A DNA stretch of 64,000 nt from a virus: IMG/VR virus record IMGVR_UViG_3300045136_000892. One strand, written 5' to 3'. A program made the position numbers and the translations under genes. Numbering within the stretch: position 1 is the stretch's first letter; every line of letters begins with the position of its first letter. The notes beneath the pieces are model-generated. The model was not told where the DNA came from, ran no database searches, and saw only the letters and a program-made list of their open reading frames with translations. Of this stretch, positions 61,747-64,000 are shown piece by piece.

Positions 61747-62496
61747 ATGAGGGTTACTCGAATATATGTGCTTTGCGATCCTGATACCGGCGAAGTTCGC
61801 TATGTAGGTAAAACCGCAATGCGCCTTTGCAATCGACTTGCAAAGCACATGGAGGCCAATCCGAAGGTGTATTCCGGTCGGTGGATAGGGAAGCTAAAAG
61901 CTGAAGGGAAGCGACCAATAATCCGTTGCATCGAGGAAGTCGGCGATAATTGGGCCGAGCGAGAGTGTTATTGGATCGCATATTACCGAAGCCAAGGATG
62001 CCAGCTCACAAACGTGAGTCCTGGCGGCGACGGACATAACGGACATGTTACGGCAATAAGCACTCGCAGAAAGCTGTCAAATGCCCGAAAAGGCAAGAAG
62101 CTGCCGCCAGACGTCATCCGAAAAATATCGGAATCACAAAAAGGGAAAGTCATCACGCAAGAGCAGCGCGCCAAGATCAGCGCCTCACTCAAGGGACGGA
62201 AGCGTCCCAGAGAAATCGCCGAGAAGGTAGCAGCTATCATGCGTGGCAAGAAGAAGCGACCGATGACGCCGGAGCAGAAGGCTCTCATCAGCGCCAGAAA
62301 CAAGGGCAGGAAACCTACTGCCGAGGAACGCGCTAAAATGTCTGCTGCAAATCGCGGCAAGCCTAAATCTGAGGAACATCGTCGTAAGTTGTCAGAGGCA
62401 GCAATGAACCGGGTGCTATCTCCTGAGAGGAAGAAGGCTCTGTCAGAAGCGGCAACGTTGCGAAACATTCGTAGGAAGATGAATGGCCACTGGTGA
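61747..62496 (+). CDS. Free-standing GIY-YIG endonuclease with NUMOD3-like repeats
   Basis: IYVL.DP...VRYVGKT...RL..H, E.YWI and LTN; repeated E.R.KIS...KG; low GC. Confidence 0.88.
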   Translation: MRVTRIYVLCDPDTGEVRYVGKTAMRLCNRLAKHMEANPKVYSGRWIGKLKAEGKRPIIRCIEEVGDNWAERECYWIAYYRSQGCQLTNVSPGGDGHNGHVTAISTRRKLSNARKGKKLPPDVIRKISESQKGKVITQEQRAKISASLKGRKRPREIAEKVAAIMRGKKKRPMTPEQKALISARNKGRKPTAEERAKMSAANRGKPKSEEHRRKLSEAAMNRVLSPERKKALSEAATLRNIRRKMNGHW

Positions 62497-63148
62497 TCGA
62501 TCCGATTTCTCCTCGCGAATCAAGGCCGTCCTCCCGGGCGGCTGGTTCCGCGACGAGACCCCCATCCTCGACGGCGTGCTGGCCGGCATCGGCTGGGCGC
62601 TGGCCGCAGCCTACGGGCTGGCCGACTACGCCCGGAGGCAGTGCCGCATCGGCACGGCCACCGACGGCTTCCTCGACCTGATCGCCTTCGATTTCTTCGG
62701 CTCCGGGCTGCCCCGCAAGCGGCAGGAGACCGACGACGCGTATCGCACGCGTATCCTCGCCGCCCTGTTCCCCGAGAAGGGCACCCGCAGGGGCCTGATC
62801 CGGACGCTGGAGATCCTCACCGGCCGCACCCCGTGGGTGTTCGAGCCGAGCAGGCCCGACGATACGGGCGGCTACGGCGTGGGCGGCGTGGGCTACGGCG
62901 TGGGCGGCGGCTACGGCTCGTTGGAGATGCCCCACCAGGCCTTCGTGGTCGCCTACCGGCCGCTCGGGCAAGGCATCCCCAACATCGCCGGGTACGGCGT
63001 CCCGAGTGGCGGCTACGGCCAGGCAAGCCAGGCGATGTACGCAAGCCTCGCGCTCGTCCAGGGCGCCGTGACGGATGCGGACATCTACGCCGCTGTCGAC
63101 GCGGTGAAGCCTGCCGCGACCACGGTGTGGACCCAGATTCAAAGCTAA
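62483..63148 (+). CDS. Baseplate wedge (gpI-like)
   Basis: TATDGFLDLIA.DFFG and ETDDAYR.RI; follows baseplate J. Confidence 0.75.
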   Translation: MATGDRSDFSSRIKAVLPGGWFRDETPILDGVLAGIGWALAAAYGLADYARRQCRIGTATDGFLDLIAFDFFGSGLPRKRQETDDAYRTRILAALFPEKGTRRGLIRTLEILTGRTPWVFEPSRPDDTGGYGVGGVGYGVGGGYGSLEMPHQAFVVAYRPLGQGIPNIAGYGVPSGGYGQASQAMYASLALVQGAVTDADIYAAVDAVKPAATTVWTQIQS

Positions 63149-63163
63149 CAACCAGGAGACCTT

Positions 63164-64000
63164 ATGGATCGTGAGATCGTGTACCAGGGCCAGATCCCGC
63201 TCGAAACCGACCTGCTGCTCACCAACAAGAACACGATGGTGGCACTCGGCTTCCTCATGCGCGCGGTGCTCGGCACGAGCCTGTCGGTCGACGGCCTCGC
63301 CTGCACACCGAACAGCCCCGCGGATATGACCGTGCTGATTGGCCCCGGCTCGATCCACAGCCTGCAGAACGTCGACGGCACGGCCTACGGCACGATCCCG
63401 GCGGATACCACCAACCAGATCGTCAAGCAGGGCATCTCGCTCACCGCTCAGTCGTTCAACTGCCCGGCCCCGGCCACGACGGGGCACTCCATCGTCTACC
63501 TGATCCAGGCGGCCTATCAGGATCTCGACGCGGGGGCGACGGTGCTGCCGTACTACAACGCCTCCGACCCGACCCAGGCCTGGAGCGGCCCGAACAACTC
63601 GGGCGTGTCGCAGAACACGGTCCGCAAGGGGGTCTGCCTCCTGGGCGTGAAGGCGGGCACCTCCGCCACCACCGGCACGCAGGCGACGCCGGCCCCCGAC
63701 GCGGGCTACGTCGGCCTCTACGCCGTCACGGTGGCCAACGGCCAGACGACCATCACGAGCCCCGATATCGTGAGGTTGGCGACCGCCCCTTTCATCGACG
63801 CAAAGCTGCCCGCGATGCTCTCCACGATCCAGAGCGGGGCCGTGACGTTCGCACAGGACACGAGCGGGGCGGCGAACCAGATCAACATCGCCCTGAACCC
63901 GGCCCCGGCCGCGCTGACGAACGGGATGCGGGTCGCGGTCAAGGTGGCGAACTCGGTCACCGGGGCGACGGTCATGAACACGAACGGCCTCGGCAACGTC
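63164..64000 (+). CDS. Tail fibre protein, truncated by the window edge
   Basis: AGGAG RBS; MDREIVYQGQIPLETDLL... open to the end of the window. Confidence 0.75.
   Translation, partial: MDREIVYQGQIPLETDLLLTNKNTMVALGFLMRAVLGTSLSVDGLACTPNSPADMTVLIGPGSIHSLQNVDGTAYGTIPADTTNQIVKQGISLTAQSFNCPAPATTGHSIVYLIQAAYQDLDAGATVLPYYNASDPTQAWSGPNNSGVSQNTVRKGVCLLGVKAGTSATTGTQATPAPDAGYVGLYAVTVANGQTTITSPDIVRLATAPFIDAKLPAMLSTIQSGAVTFAQDTSGAANQINIALNPAPAALTNGMRVAVKVANSVTGATVMNTNGLGNV

Larger units (their letters stand above)
1..64000. mobile_element. Integrated prophage / integrative mobilisable element hybrid (extends beyond the window; att sites not visible)
   Basis: Integrase, excisionase, T4CP and relaxase on the left; phage replication and contractile-tail morphogenesis genes on the right; no host housekeeping genes between them. 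Confidence 0.8.

Noticed and set aside
51714-64000. Tailocin, eCIS or T6SS interpretation of the tail genes
   Set aside because: Terminase, portal, protease and capsid genes are present upstream, indicating a phage
63164-64000. Diversity-generating retroelement or invertible tail-fibre system
   Set aside because: No reverse transcriptase, invertase or template repeat in the window; the fibre gene is cut off, so this cannot be assessed further

Overview
The whole 64 kb window reads as one GC-rich integrated element, cut by the right edge inside a tail-fibre gene. It combines two parts. (i) An integrative mobilisable element backbone: tyrosine integrase at position 1, excisionase, VirD4-type coupling protein, orphan ParB, a regulator with a C-terminal LysR-type HTH, MOBF (TrwC-like) relaxase-helicase and a candidate oriT, with no mating-pair-formation genes. 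(ii) A contractile-tailed temperate phage: recombination and replication genes, primase-polymerase with an iteron-like origin, terminase, portal, protease, capsid, sheath, tube, tape measure and baseplate. Phage-type cargo (SNF2 helicase, ThyX, a TerD/DUF475 operon, a DNA-modification cluster) is interleaved with the conjugation genes. Highlights are the phage-mobilisable-element hybrid itself, an Acb1-like 2H phosphodiesterase fused to the prohead protease/scaffold, small proteins sharing T4SS-like C-terminal tails, two 150-200 nt nested hairpins resembling ssDNA promoters, and an operator-flanked three-gene moron between terS and terL. All family calls come from recognising motifs by eye; no database searches were run.
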